Notes: generated by a model from the sequence alone, not told the origin. Counted from the first letter of the stretch, positions 53,138-63,836 are shown. The stretch is DNA of 64,000 nt from an uncultured Alphaproteobacteria bacterium (GCA_949156565.1 CASCZI010000001.1:118856-182855), one strand, 5' to 3'. Made by a program: numbers and translations.

Positions 53138-53911
53138 TTATTCTCCTTGTTCTGTTTTTTGAATGATTTCGGTCGCCACCCGCAAATAGGCCTGGGCACC
53201 GGTGGAATGAAAATCATAAAACAATGCCGGTTTGCCGTGACTGGGGGCTTCGGATACACGAACGTTACGCGGGACAACGGTTTGAAAAACACGGTCGCCA
53301 AATGTAGATCGCACCTCGTCTTCGACCGCACGGGTTAATCCATAACGCCGGTCATACATTGTTAATAAGACACCCAAGATATTTAAATCCGGGTTCCATG
53401 ATTTTTGTACCTCTGAAATTGTGTTGATTAAATGTTGAACCCCTTCGAGGGCAAAAAATTCGCACTGTAATGGAATAATGATCGATGTGGCCGCCGTTAA
53501 CGCGTTTAATGTTAAATATCCCAATGCCGGCGGACAATCCAACAAGATATAATCATAATGGTCGGCAATCATGGCCAACGCATCACGCAACCGATATTCC
53601 CGGTTATCCATGTCCAGCAATTCCACCTCTGCCCCCGAAAGAGCTGGGCTGGACGGCATAATGTGCATGTTGGGTACCGATGTTGTTAAAATGTTGTCCG
53701 CCGCACGCGCCGTTCCCATAATAACGCCATAGGCACTTTGTTGATGTGCGGCCCGCACAAAGCCCATGCCTGTACCGGCGTTTCCCTGGGGGTCAAGGTC
53801 AATTAACAGAACCCGCCGTTTGGCCGCCGCCAGTGACGCGCCAATATTGATCGCTGTGGTGGTTTTGCCCACCCCGCCCTTTTGATTTGCAAATGCAATA
53901 ATCCGTGCCAT
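53138..53911 (-). CDS. parA: Chromosome partitioning ATPase ParA
   Basis: Deviant Walker A KGGVGKTT. Confidence 0.9.
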   Translation of the reverse strand: MARIIAFANQKGGVGKTTTAINIGASLAAAKRRVLLIDLDPQGNAGTGMGFVRAAHQQSAYGVIMGTARAADNILTTSVPNMHIMPSSPALSGAEVELLDMDNREYRLRDALAMIADHYDYILLDCPPALGYLTLNALTAATSIIIPLQCEFFALEGVQHLINTISEVQKSWNPDLNILGVLLTMYDRRYGLTRAVEDEVRSTFGDRVFQTVVPRNVRVSEAPSHGKPALFYDFHSTGAQAYLRVATEIIQKTEQGE

Positions 53912-54022
53912 GCGTGTTTATCCCCCTTTGGATTTATATTAAAAGCATAAAAAAACCGGGAAACAGTGTCAAGTTATTAAAATGATAAATATAAAAATAA
54001 TGTTATTACAACGAATTATGCT

Positions 54023-54100
54023 TTATTTCATGTGAAATAAATATGAAAAACAGAAAATTGTGTATTTTCAATATGTTATGTGTTATTTCATATGAAATAA
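54023..54100. promoter_or_regulatory. Two parS-like 18-bp palindromes (TTATTTCA-NN-TGAAATAA) upstream of parA
   Basis: Copies at 54023-54040 (center TG) and 54083-54100 (perfect, center TA). 12/16 match to the TGTTTCACGTGAAACA consensus. Confidence 0.4.
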
Positions 54101-54658
54101 GCGGATGTTTTCAATCTGAACAATAAATCCATCGCCGGTTTGGGATGGGGTTAATTGATAATCGAATCGATAGCGTGTCTGGGCCGTGGTAATTTCGGTT
54201 TGGATGTCCCGGCCTTTTAATAAAAAAAGCCGGCATTTTGTTCCCACCACATAATCCAAGATTTTAATCAATGGGGCAAAGGCGCGACATGTAAAAACGT
54301 CTGTTTGGGGGTGGGGCGGGTTGTGTCGAATAAAATCTTCGACCCGACCATGGAAAATGGTCAAATTTTCCAATCCCAATTCGGTTTTAACAGTGTTTAA
54401 AAATGTCGTTTTTTTGCCAATCGATTCGATGCATGTTACACGCCATCCCAAAATGGCCAAAACGACACCGGGAAAACCGGCCCCACTGCCCATATCAATA
54501 ATGTTGACGTCGTGGGGTAATATGTCGGCCAATTGGGCCGAATCGGCAAAGTGCCGCGTTTCAATATCGGCCAAAGTGCTGGGCGCAACAAGGTTCATTT
54601 TTGCCGACCATTGGGTCAAAAGGGCGGCATAACGATCAAATTTTTCTTTATTATTCAT
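54083..54658 (-). CDS. rsmG: 16S rRNA (guanine527-N7)-methyltransferase
   Basis: SAM-binding motif DMGSGAGFPG. GidB family. Confidence 0.85.
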   Translation of the reverse strand: MNNKEKFDRYAALLTQWSAKMNLVAPSTLADIETRHFADSAQLADILPHDVNIIDMGSGAGFPGVVLAILGWRVTCIESIGKKTTFLNTVKTELGLENLTIFHGRVEDFIRHNPPHPQTDVFTCRAFAPLIKILDYVVGTKCRLFLLKGRDIQTEITTAQTRYRFDYQLTPSQTGDGFIVQIENIRLFHMK

Positions 54659-54684
54659 GTGTTTTATTGTACCATAGAATGGTC

Positions 54685-56304
54685 ATGAAAAAAACACAAA
54701 CTTTATTAATCAGTGCCGGTTTGGCAATTGCCATGGGCGGTGCGTTTCTTTATTGGGTGCGTCCCCCCACGGGTGACGGTTTAATGTCGGCAACGGGTGC
54801 CATTCGGGATACCAAGTTCGGATCTTTTTTGGCGGCCCAACATGCGGTCTATGTCAATGATTTTGATCGGGCCGTGGATTTTATGGACGCCTTGGATGCG
54901 TCGGATCCGGTGTTTGTTCAAAATACCAAAATGTTGGCCGAATTTTTAAGTGGGAAAATGCCCAATCATGTTGAGATGTTGGCATCCGAAACATCCCCGG
55001 GGGCGCGTATGATCTATGACACGTATTTGGTGGCCAATGATCGATGGAATGAATTTTATCGCCGCCACCAAGGGGATTCGGCATCACTGACGGCGCCCAT
55101 GCGGATATGGGCATCCGTTGCGACCGGACACACCAAGGATGCGATTAAATTCGTTAATAAATTAAAAACGAATGCATCGTGGCAGGCCTTTGTTCGGGGA
55201 CAAATTTATGCCCATTCGGGGGATACGAAACGCGCGGTGGATGAATTTTCCCATGTTCAAACAGATTTTATGAATGTTAATGATTATTTATATCTGATGG
55301 CGTTTTATACCGCGCATGATATGAATGACCGGGCCGATGCATTGCGCGCTGATTTTACCGGCCGGCCGGGTGGTCTTTATTTGTTGGAATCGACCATGAC
55401 GCCATCATGGGAAACATATGCGGGCGTACGAAATCAAATGGCATTTGGTTTGATTCAAAATGTATCCCACACGCAAATCATGATGTATACAGATTTGTCA
55501 TTAATGTTGTTACGGATGGCTGATTTGATTCAAACAGGTCCGGCCCCGGACAAGGATGCCATTTATTATTATATGGGCCAATATTTTTACAATAATAACG
55601 GTGATTGCCACGCGTATTATTCCCAAATTTCTGGCCCCAGTCCGTTGCGTATCTTTGCCGATATGCGGATGGCGGATGTTCAACATGATATGGCGGCCAT
55701 GGCCCGATTGGTTGGGGAAAATCCATTGTTTGTGCCAGGGGTGTCCGCGTTGGTTGCCCATCATGTGCATATGGGCCATCGGCGCGATGCATTGGGGGTT
55801 ATTAACCGTGCGCTGGGGCATCGGGATTTGAATGAAATTGGCCGGGCGTTTTTCTTAAAATCCCGGGCCCAGGTTTATTTAACATTTGGTGATTATGATG
55901 CGGCCCAATCGGATATTCACGATGCGGCGGTTGTGTTGCCTAATGATCCCGATGTCTTGGGGATTCAGGCCAAGATATGGGCGGCCCAGGGACGGGAATT
56001 GGATAACGCCTATGATTATGCGATGACATTGGTGCGGCGCAATGCGACCGATATTACATCGTGGGATACACTGGGGCGTGTGGTTGCTGCGCGTGATGGG
56101 GCGGCGGCGGCGCTTGATTTATTACAACGTGTGGGCGAAGTGTCATCGACGTGTTCGGCGCTGTTTGATCAATTGGGGGATTTAAACGCCGAATTGGGGC
56201 ATGTATCGGCGGCCCGCGCGGCCTATGGACGGGCGATTGAATTATCCCCGGATGGATTAACGGTGCGCCGTCATATTGAAAAAAAACAGAGGAAGTTGAA
56301 ATGA
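54685..56304 (+). CDS. Membrane-anchored tetratricopeptide-repeat protein
   Basis: N-terminal TM segment (MKKTQTLLISAGLAIAMGGAFLYWV). TPR-like helical repeats toward the C-terminus. Alternative start at 54679. Confidence 0.45.
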   Translation: MKKTQTLLISAGLAIAMGGAFLYWVRPPTGDGLMSATGAIRDTKFGSFLAAQHAVYVNDFDRAVDFMDALDASDPVFVQNTKMLAEFLSGKMPNHVEMLASETSPGARMIYDTYLVANDRWNEFYRRHQGDSASLTAPMRIWASVATGHTKDAIKFVNKLKTNASWQAFVRGQIYAHSGDTKRAVDEFSHVQTDFMNVNDYLYLMAFYTAHDMNDRADALRADFTGRPGGLYLLESTMTPSWETYAGVRNQMAFGLIQNVSHTQIMMYTDLSLMLLRMADLIQTGPAPDKDAIYYYMGQYFYNNNGDCHAYYSQISGPSPLRIFADMRMADVQHDMAAMARLVGENPLFVPGVSALVAHHVHMGHRRDALGVINRALGHRDLNEIGRAFFLKSRAQVYLTFGDYDAAQSDIHDAAVVLPNDPDVLGIQAKIWAAQGRELDNAYDYAMTLVRRNATDITSWDTLGRVVAARDGAAAALDLLQRVGEVSSTCSALFDQLGDLNAELGHVSAARAAYGRAIELSPDGLTVRRHIEKKQRKLK

Positions 56305-57167
56305 AGATCGCAATTCTGGGGGCAGGGGCATGGGGTACCGCATTGGCCTGTATGGGTGCGCGTGTCGGATGTGATGTGACATTATGGTCATATAATGGAT
56401 TATTTCATCATTTGCCCGATGTTGTGCCAGATAATATCTATCTAACCGCGTCCTTGGTTGATTTGGCCGATGCGTCATTATGGATGATGGCTATCCCCGC
56501 CGAATTTTTTCGGGCGACGGCGGCGGCGGCGGCCCCTCATTTCCGCGATGTTCCCATTTTGATTTGTACCAAGGGAATGGAAGATAAAACATATCGCTTT
56601 ATGGCGGAAATATTGGCCTCAGAAATTCCCCAATGTACGGATGTGGGGGTGGTTTCTGGGCCCCAATTTGCCGCCGAAGTAATCACGGGTGTTCCAACAG
56701 GATCTGTGTTGGCGGGGACGCCGCGTGCGTGTGATTTGGGGCAGATGGCGTTAAAAGAAATGTTTCTAGTCCCCAGTCATGATATCATCGGAACGGAAAT
56801 ATGCGGGGTTGGCAAAAATGCCGTCGCCTTAATTTGTGGATATACCAGTGTCGCGTCCCGGGGGGAAAATGAACGGGCGATGATCTTAACCCGGGCATGG
56901 GGCGAAGTGGTCGATTTCGGATTGGCCCATGGGGCAGATATGGGAACCTTCCTGGGGCTGGCGGGGATGGGGGATCTGTTTTTATCGGCCACATCCCGCA
57001 CCAGTCGTAATTTCACCGCCGGCCGTGCCATTGCGTCGGCATCGCCGGTGATGGGGACGGTCGAAGGTATGGTGGCATTACGTGGGTTGGTGTCACGGGC
57101 GTCGGAATTGTCTGTAAAAATGCCGGTGATTGCCGGTTTGGGACGTGAAATGGGAATTATTGAATAA
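56301..57167 (+). CDS. gpsA: Glycerol-3-phosphate dehydrogenase [NAD(P)+]
   Basis: N-terminus MKIAILGAGAWGTALA. GpsA family. Confidence 0.85.
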   Translation: MKIAILGAGAWGTALACMGARVGCDVTLWSYNGLFHHLPDVVPDNIYLTASLVDLADASLWMMAIPAEFFRATAAAAAPHFRDVPILICTKGMEDKTYRFMAEILASEIPQCTDVGVVSGPQFAAEVITGVPTGSVLAGTPRACDLGQMALKEMFLVPSHDIIGTEICGVGKNAVALICGYTSVASRGENERAMILTRAWGEVVDFGLAHGADMGTFLGLAGMGDLFLSATSRTSRNFTAGRAIASASPVMGTVEGMVALRGLVSRASELSVKMPVIAGLGREMGIIE

Positions 57168-57169
57168 AA

Positions 57170-57197
57170 ACGCCGGCGTTTGCCGGCCTTTTTTTTA
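57170..57197. terminator. Bidirectional terminator (gpsA / sspB)
   Basis: GCCGGC-gttt-GCCGGC followed by T9. Confidence 0.6.
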
Positions 57198-57206
57198 TGT
57201 TTAAGA

Positions 57207-57671
57207 TTATTTCTTTTTATTTTTGCGAAATTCATCCAATGAAACAACACGTTTTTGGTCGTCGGCCATGGGACCGCGTTCGTCCAATGGTAATTCCATG
57301 TCATTGCCGGCCGTATCGGATACACGCGGGTGAAAAGATAACATGAAATCCACCGATGGATCTTTGAATTCAATTAATGCAGAAAACGGGACGCGAATGA
57401 AAAAAGGCCGCCCGTCAAAGGTTAATTGTACCCCAAATTCCCGGTCGGAAACATTTAAATTGTTATACGAATATTGTAATACGATCGTCATAACGTCGGG
57501 ATAGCGCATCCGTAAAAAGTCCGGTAACGATACACCCGGATCCCGTGTTTTAAATGTAATATAGAAATGTGTCCCATCCCCCAGCCCATTAACCTGGGCG
57601 TGGACCAAGGCGTCTTTGACAACGGATTTTAACGCGTTATCTAATAATTGTTGATAATCAATGTGTTTCAT
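57207..57671 (-). CDS. sspB: ClpXP adaptor SspB (stringent starvation protein B)
   Basis: 154 aa. Conserved SspB core pattern (IVLQYSYNNLNV...FGVQLTFDGRPFFIRVPFSALIEF) and a basic C-terminal tail. Confidence 0.6.
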   Translation of the reverse strand: MKHIDYQQLLDNALKSVVKDALVHAQVNGLGDGTHFYITFKTRDPGVSLPDFLRMRYPDVMTIVLQYSYNNLNVSDREFGVQLTFDGRPFFIRVPFSALIEFKDPSVDFMLSFHPRVSDTAGNDMELPLDERGPMADDQKRVVSLDEFRKNKKK

Positions 57672-58756
57672 TTTTTCCCTTTGCTGGGGTAAAGTATATT
57701 ATGAATTTCCCCATCCATGCAAGCGACAAATGCGGCATTATCAACCCCATCAAATGCCTGCGGATCCAGACCGGTTGCCCATACCTGTGCCTGGGTCCCC
57801 CCCAGCGCAGAAAACAATCCCATGCGTGCGTTCGCGTCGAGGTGGGCCGCCGCTTCGTCCAATAAAATGATGGGGCGCATACCTGTCTTGGTATGAATCA
57901 ATGTGGCGTGCCCCAATATCAGATCCAGCAGGGCACGCTTTTGCTGGCCGGTGCTGGTTAAATGCGCGGGCAGGGCAAGTCGCCGGTTATACACCCCAAA
58001 GTCCGATTTATGCGGGCCGTCAATCACCATTTTGTCCCCAATCAGGATCCGGTTGCCACGCAGATAGTCCAAATACATTTTTTCGGCAACGGATGCGTTA
58101 TCAGATATAATTTTTTCTTCGACAATGCCGGTGACAGATACGGCAATGTGTTCCAGGAAATAATTCACCTCTGCCCCGTATCGAATTCGCATGGCGGCGA
58201 CGGCGGTGGCGGTGGCGGCGATCTGGGAATCCAGGGCATCCATCCAATGATTATCCGCCCCCCGGCGCAGGGCAAATGCCCGTTCCGATATTAATTTCCC
58301 CAATCGTGCCACGCGCCCGGCATGGGTGGGATCCAAACTGGCCCCCAGGCGATCAAAGAACGCGCGTCTTTCGGCGGCGCCATCGACAAATAACCGATCT
58401 TCGCGTGGGGTGATCCAGACCATTCGCATCTGGGCCGCCAAATCCCCCAGTGTGGCCGCGTCCCCATCAATACGCGCCCGTCGATTGGCATCGCCCGGGG
58501 TAAAAGATACAGAAACCGCGGTTGCGTCATGCATGTTGGCATGCACGGCAAATCCCCCCGGGGCGCCAAAACGTGTGATGTCGGTATATGCGGCCCCCCG
58601 CATGCCCCGATCGCCCGATAACATGGACAACGCCTCTAATATTGCGGTTTTACCGGCCCCATTGGGACCGGTAATGATAATATTATCCCGGCCGGCGGTT
58701 TCAATACGCGCGTGGGCATGGTTACGAAAATCTGTCAGCGTCAGTGTTTCAATCAT
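57668..58756 (-). CDS. recF: DNA replication and repair protein RecF
   Basis: Walker A GPNGAGKT. SMC-like signature and Walker B (ILLLDE). Start placed at MIETLTLTDFRN. Confidence 0.85.
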   Translation of the reverse strand: MIETLTLTDFRNHAHARIETAGRDNIIITGPNGAGKTAILEALSMLSGDRGMRGAAYTDITRFGAPGGFAVHANMHDATAVSVSFTPGDANRRARIDGDAATLGDLAAQMRMVWITPREDRLFVDGAAERRAFFDRLGASLDPTHAGRVARLGKLISERAFALRRGADNHWMDALDSQIAATATAVAAMRIRYGAEVNYFLEHIAVSVTGIVEEKIISDNASVAEKMYLDYLRGNRILIGDKMVIDGPHKSDFGVYNRRLALPAHLTSTGQQKRALLDLILGHATLIHTKTGMRPIILLDEAAAHLDANARMGLFSALGGTQAQVWATGLDPQAFDGVDNAAFVACMDGEIHNILYPSKGKK

Positions 58757-58849
58757 ACCCCCATCATACACCCCGAAAATAAAAAGCGCAAGGGCAGGGG
58801 CCAATTCCCCGTTTCAAATTGCGTGCCGGTTCGCCGGGAATTACAGGGC

Positions 58850-58880
58850 CATGGTAAAATAAAAATGCCCATTTGGGCAT
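58850..58880 (-). terminator. Terminator downstream of tRNA-Cys
   Basis: Minus strand: ATGCCCA-aat-GGGCAT followed by T5. Confidence 0.5.
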
Positions 58881-58887
58881 TTGTAAG

Positions 58888-58961
58888 TGGAGGCCTGGGT
58901 CGGAATCGAACCGGCATCCAAGGATTTGCAGTCCTCTGCATAACCACTCTGCCACCAGGCC
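58888..58961 (-). tRNA. tRNA-Cys (anticodon GCA)
   Basis: 74-nt cloverleaf on the minus strand. Anticodon loop CUGCAAA. U73 discriminator and CCA end. Confidence 0.8.
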
Positions 58962-59062
58962 GGTGCATACACCATAGGCAAAAAAAAAAACGAATTCAAC
59001 AGAAAAATTTCTTTTCTTTGACGTTTGTATGATATAATGCGCCAAACAAGAGAGAATGGTTT

Positions 59063-60400
59063 ATGAATAAATTTGTAATGATTCTGGCATTATTGCCGGT
59101 AATGGCCCATGCGGCTGATGATTGTATGTCAATAAAATCGGCCCCGGCGGGTGAATTAACATTAAAACAGGTGATTGATTTGGGGTTATGTCGCAATCCG
59201 CAAACGGCATCGGCATATTTGGCCGCGGAATCGGCACGTTTTAATAAAAATGCGGGGTATGCCAATTATCTACCTAATGTAACGGCATCGGCATCGGGTA
59301 ATTTACCGTACCGCAACGAAGAATGGGGGGATTGGTCATGGGGGGCGTCTTTATCGGCGTCGTATTTGATATTTGATTTTGGCAAAAGATTGGCGGATCT
59401 AAACACGCTTAGTGCAACGTGGCGGGCGGCCGGATTCGATTATGATGAAAGTGTTCAAAATTATATTTATGGGGTGATTGGGGCGTATTATGCCCTGTTG
59501 AATGCGGATGCGGACGTTAAATCGGCAACCAGTTTACGCGCCGTCGCCAAAACCGCCCGTGATACCGCCCAGAAAAAGTTCAAGGCCGGGGTGGTTGCCC
59601 GTGCCGACGTTCTCAAAGCGGAAACAACATTGGCCAGTCGTGATCTGGAATTAGAACGGGCCAAAAATAACCGTGAAATTGCCAAAGGAACATTATTAAG
59701 TAAATTGTCTTTTTCGGCCGCAGATGATATTCAGATTGCCGATATGTCATCCGAATTTGGAACGGCCGCAGAAAACGAAAATATTGATCAATTATTGGCC
59801 ACGGCCCGTCAAAGACGTCCTGATTTATTACGTGCAACCGCCAATACAGATGCGGCATGGCATCGCCGAAACAGTTCGTTTTTGAAAAATTTACCATCCA
59901 TATCGGCGTCGGGTACGTTTTCGTGGAACGATACCCCGTCGGAATCATTTAATGCCGGTAATAATCATATGAGTGGCAGTATCGGTATCCGTGCATCAAT
60001 GCCGATATTTGCGGGATTTGCCAACATGTATGGGGTGCGTGCGGCCGCGGCCAATTACGATCGCGCATTGGAAACCCAACGTCAAACCCAAGACAGTGCC
60101 ACATTAGATGTTTTTAGCGCGTACCAAAATTATAAAACTGCCCAAAAGGTGTTAACCCAGACGGATGCCTTGTTGGCGTCGGCCAGTGAAAGTGAAAAGG
60201 TCACCGCCGGCATGTACAAGGTGGGTCGGGCAACCATGCTCGATTGGCAAACGGCGCAATCCGAATTGGTTGATGCAGAAAAACAGAATAACGCCGCCAA
60301 ATATGATTTATTTATTAAACGGGCGGCGGTCGCATTGGCGATTGGGGATATCCGGGCGGGATTAATTACAACACAGGAGAGGGGGGATGAACATGAATAA
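59063..60400 (+). CDS. TolC-family outer-membrane efflux protein
   Basis: Signal peptide. Two coiled-coil/OEP repeats. 445 aa. Confidence 0.8.
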   Translation: MNKFVMILALLPVMAHAADDCMSIKSAPAGELTLKQVIDLGLCRNPQTASAYLAAESARFNKNAGYANYLPNVTASASGNLPYRNEEWGDWSWGASLSASYLIFDFGKRLADLNTLSATWRAAGFDYDESVQNYIYGVIGAYYALLNADADVKSATSLRAVAKTARDTAQKKFKAGVVARADVLKAETTLASRDLELERAKNNREIAKGTLLSKLSFSAADDIQIADMSSEFGTAAENENIDQLLATARQRRPDLLRATANTDAAWHRRNSSFLKNLPSISASGTFSWNDTPSESFNAGNNHMSGSIGIRASMPIFAGFANMYGVRAAAANYDRALETQRQTQDSATLDVFSAYQNYKTAQKVLTQTDALLASASESEKVTAGMYKVGRATMLDWQTAQSELVDAEKQNNAAKYDLFIKRAAVALAIGDIRAGLITTQERGDEHE

Positions 60401-61589
60401 AGATTCACGGATTAAACGGGGGGTGCGCTGGGTTTGGCGGAAAAAATGGTGGATTGTCATTCTGGGGGTGATTGTTGCCGGGGCCATGATGATGTGGGGG
60501 GGCGATGATGACAAAGATTCAAATTTTGTAACCATTGCCATTACCCGGGGGGAATTGCGCCAAGTGGTCACCGCCACCGGTGAAATTATGCCGGTTAATA
60601 CGGTTAACGTTGGATCCCAGGTATCGGGTACAATCGAAGATATATTTGTCGATTATAATTCCAAGGTTAAACAAGGCGATATTTTGTTAAAGATTGAACC
60701 ATCGGTGTTACAGGCATCTGTGGACGAGGCAAAGGCGTCGTTGGTTTCGGCCGAATCACAGCGGAATTACGCCAAAAATGAATATGAACGTAATCGGACG
60801 TTATACAAGGATGGTTATATTGCCCGTGCGGAAATGGAACAATCCCAAACCACCTATGAACAGGCCCAACAATCGGTATTGCGGGCCCAATCGCAATATG
60901 ATCGCGCGGTAACAAATCTTGGGTATGCGACAATTGAATCGCCGGTTAATGGAACCGTTATCTCGCGCAAGGTGGACAAAGGTCAAACCGTTGCCGCATC
61001 GTTTCAAACGCCTGATTTATTTGAAATCGCCGAAGATTTATCAAAAATGCAGATTGAAACCGCCGTATCAGAGGCAGATATTGGCATGATCAAAGATGGT
61101 CAACCGGTCACATTTACGGTTGATGCATATCCCACCCAAACATTTGACGGTATCGTGCGTCAGATTCGTTTATCCCCGACCACCACATCAAATGTTGTGG
61201 TTTACACGGTCGTGATTGATGTCGATAATTCTGATTTACGTCTGATGCCGGGGATGACCGCATTTGTTACGATTGTGATTGATGACAAGGAAAGTGTATG
61301 GAAGGCACCCAACGCCGCATTCTTGGTGCGGACGTATGCCAATTTAAAAGAAGAATTGGATGAATCGATTACCCCAAAGACCCATTTGGCCATCGAACGC
61401 GTGGGTGTGGATGACATTGTTTTTGTCCCCTATCAAAAGGGATTGATCACGGCCACCGAAACAGAAATCATTGCCGATGACATTCGTGCCGGGGATAAAG
61501 TTATTGTGGGACGAACCAGATCGGCATCTGCATCGGGTGGGGCGGGACAAAAACGCACCAATCCCATGGGGCCCGGCGGGCCACGGTAA
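60387..61589 (+). CDS. macA: HlyD/MacA-family periplasmic adaptor
   Basis: N-terminal TM segment, coiled-coil hairpin, beta-barrel/lipoyl domains. Confidence 0.75.
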   Translation: MNMNKDSRIKRGVRWVWRKKWWIVILGVIVAGAMMMWGGDDDKDSNFVTIAITRGELRQVVTATGEIMPVNTVNVGSQVSGTIEDIFVDYNSKVKQGDILLKIEPSVLQASVDEAKASLVSAESQRNYAKNEYERNRTLYKDGYIARAEMEQSQTTYEQAQQSVLRAQSQYDRAVTNLGYATIESPVNGTVISRKVDKGQTVAASFQTPDLFEIAEDLSKMQIETAVSEADIGMIKDGQPVTFTVDAYPTQTFDGIVRQIRLSPTTTSNVVVYTVVIDVDNSDLRLMPGMTAFVTIVIDDKESVWKAPNAAFLVRTYANLKEELDESITPKTHLAIERVGVDDIVFVPYQKGLITATETEIIADDIRAGDKVIVGRTRSASASGGAGQKRTNPMGPGGPR

Positions 61590-61601
61590 AAAGGGGCGAT
61601 C

Positions 61602-62369
61602 ATGAAACATCAATCCCAATCTAAAAAGACCGACATCATTATTTCGATGGCGGGCGTCGATAAATCGTTCCCATTGGAAATGGGGGGCGTTCAACAGGTA
61701 TTATACGATATTACGTTTGATGTTCGTGCCGGCGAATTTGTGGCCATTATGGGGCCATCTGGGTCGGGAAAATCAACATGCATGAATATTATTGGTGCCT
61801 TGGATACGGCAACCGGGGGCACGTATAAGCTTTATGGGACAGATATTACGAACATGACCGCCGACGAATTGGCCGTGGTTCGTAATGAACACATCGGATT
61901 TGTTTTTCAGAATTTTAATTTGTTGGCGAAACGAACCGTACTGGATAATGTGATGTTGCCATTGATGTATCGGGGAATGACGATGTCGGAACGCGTGGCG
62001 CGCGCCCGGGATATGTTGCGACGCGTGGGACTGGAAAAATTCGAAGGGTATTTACCAACCCAGCTTTCGGGGGGAATGAAACAACGTGTGGCCATCGCCC
62101 GCGCATTGGCGGGTGATCCAAAATTGATTCTGGCGGACGAACCGACGGGCGCCCTGGACAGTAAAATGGGGAACGAGATTTTAAAATTCTTTAAACAATT
62201 AAACCGGGATATGGGCATCACCATCGTTATGATCACGCATGAATTTGAAATCGCGCGATATGCCGATCGGGTCATCCATATTTATGACGGGCGGATTACA
62301 TATGACGGTCCGATCCCGTCCAGTGAACAGGTATTGATTAAATCGGAACAAAAGGCGGCCAAAAAATGA
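61602..62369 (+). CDS. MacB/LolD-type ABC transporter ATP-binding protein
   Basis: Walker A GPSGSGKST. Signature LSGGMKQRVAIARAL. Walker B ILADEPT. Confidence 0.9.
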   Translation: MKHQSQSKKTDIIISMAGVDKSFPLEMGGVQQVLYDITFDVRAGEFVAIMGPSGSGKSTCMNIIGALDTATGGTYKLYGTDITNMTADELAVVRNEHIGFVFQNFNLLAKRTVLDNVMLPLMYRGMTMSERVARARDMLRRVGLEKFEGYLPTQLSGGMKQRVAIARALAGDPKLILADEPTGALDSKMGNEILKFFKQLNRDMGITIVMITHEFEIARYADRVIHIYDGRITYDGPIPSSEQVLIKSEQKAAKK

Positions 62370-63583
62370 CATTTAATGATATTTTAAAAGAATCTTGGCT
62401 GTCGGTGGGGGGAAATAAATTACGGTCATTTTTAACGGTGTTGGGCATCGTTATTGGGGTGATGGCGGTGGTGATTATGGTTGCCGTGGGGGAAACGGTT
62501 CAACATCAAATTACCGATCAATTTTCATCGTTGGGAACCAATACGATAATGATACGTGCCGGTGCCGCACAAACCGGCGGTGTTCGCACGGGTAATCGTC
62601 AAACGTTAACCATTGATGATGCCGAATATATTGCCAAATTGCCAGATGTGATGGCGGTGACACCGGTTCAGAACAGTGCCGCCCAGGCCATTTATGGAAA
62701 TAAAAACTGGGCAACATCGATGGTTGGGGCATGGCCGGCATATACCACGGTTCAAAATATTGAAATGCAACAAGGAACATTTTTTGACCAATCGGCGGTA
62801 CGTAATGCGTCGACATACGCGGTTATTGGCCCCACCACGGCCACAGAATTGGGATTACCCGATAACCCAATCGGCCAGGTTATTCGGATTCAAAATACAC
62901 CTTTTGTTGTTGTGGGTGTCACCAAGGCCAAGGGGGATTCCGCCATGGGATCCCAAGATGATATGATCATTATTCCATTATCGACGTTAAAGAAAAGACT
63001 TCAGGGCAGTCGTTTCCCCAATTCGGTTAGTTTGTTGGCCCTTAAACTCTATCCTGATGCGGATAATAATGTTGTGATTGAACAGATTACGGCCCTGTTG
63101 CGGCAACGGCACAAGTTAAAAGATGCCGATCCCGATGATTTCCAAATTATGGATATGAAACAGGTTATGGAAACCATGAACACGGTCACGGGTTATTTAA
63201 AACTGTTGCTGATTGCGATCGCGGGGGTATCATTGTTGGTGGGGGCGATTGGTATTATGAATATGATGTTGGTATCGGTCGCCGAACGAACACGTGAAAT
63301 TGGTATTCGCAAGGCAATTGGTGCCCGCGAACGTCATATTATTACGCAATTTTTGTCTGAATCTATCCTGATATCGTTTATTGGATCCATGTCGGGATTG
63401 GTTTTGGGGGTTGGATTATCCCAGGGAATTGGTCGGTTTGTGATGGGGTATAATGTCCCATTTAGTGCATGGCCCGTCTTGTTATCGGTCAGTGTGGCGG
63501 TCATCGTGGGATTGGCATCGGGGGTAATGCCCGCGTACAAGGCCGCCAAATTAAATCCCATTGATTCGTTGCGATATGAATAA
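62366..63583 (+). CDS. MacB/FtsX-type ABC transporter permease
   Basis: N-terminal TM segment, large periplasmic domain, C-terminal FtsX four-helix bundle. Confidence 0.85.
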   Translation: MTFNDILKESWLSVGGNKLRSFLTVLGIVIGVMAVVIMVAVGETVQHQITDQFSSLGTNTIMIRAGAAQTGGVRTGNRQTLTIDDAEYIAKLPDVMAVTPVQNSAAQAIYGNKNWATSMVGAWPAYTTVQNIEMQQGTFFDQSAVRNASTYAVIGPTTATELGLPDNPIGQVIRIQNTPFVVVGVTKAKGDSAMGSQDDMIIIPLSTLKKRLQGSRFPNSVSLLALKLYPDADNNVVIEQITALLRQRHKLKDADPDDFQIMDMKQVMETMNTVTGYLKLLLIAIAGVSLLVGAIGIMNMMLVSVAERTREIGIRKAIGARERHIITQFLSESILISFIGSMSGLVLGVGLSQGIGRFVMGYNVPFSAWPVLLSVSVAVIVGLASGVMPAYKAAKLNPIDSLRYE

Positions 63584-63603
63584 CAAGATCGTGATACGTC
63601 CAC

Positions 63604-63634
63604 TTGACAAGCGGGGGAAATTCATATAACATGG
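63604..63634 (+). promoter_or_regulatory. Sigma70-like promoter for tRNA-Val
   Basis: TTGACA, 15-nt spacer, then TATAAC. Confidence 0.45.
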
Positions 63635-63642
63635 GGCACATT

Positions 63643-63719
63643 GGGTGTTTAGCTCAGTTGATTAGAGCATCTCGTTTACACCGAGAGGGTCGGGGGTTTG
63701 AGTCCCTCAACACCCACCA
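63643..63719 (+). tRNA. tRNA-Val (anticodon TAC)
   Basis: Cloverleaf fold. Anticodon loop UUUACAC. T-arm GGGTTTGAGTCCC. CCA end. Confidence 0.85.
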
Positions 63720-63727
63720 AAAATAAT

Positions 63728-63752
63728 ATGCCCCACTGGGGCTTTTTTTTTA
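63728..63752 (+). terminator. Terminator after tRNA-Val
   Basis: GCCCC-act-GGGGC followed by T9. Confidence 0.6.
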
Positions 63753-63836
63753 AAAAAATTCAAAATGCAAAGATCCTTTATGATCGCGCGGCGTTCAACG
63801 TGACCCAGTCCTTGTATGATTAGGTGTTCGCCGGCG

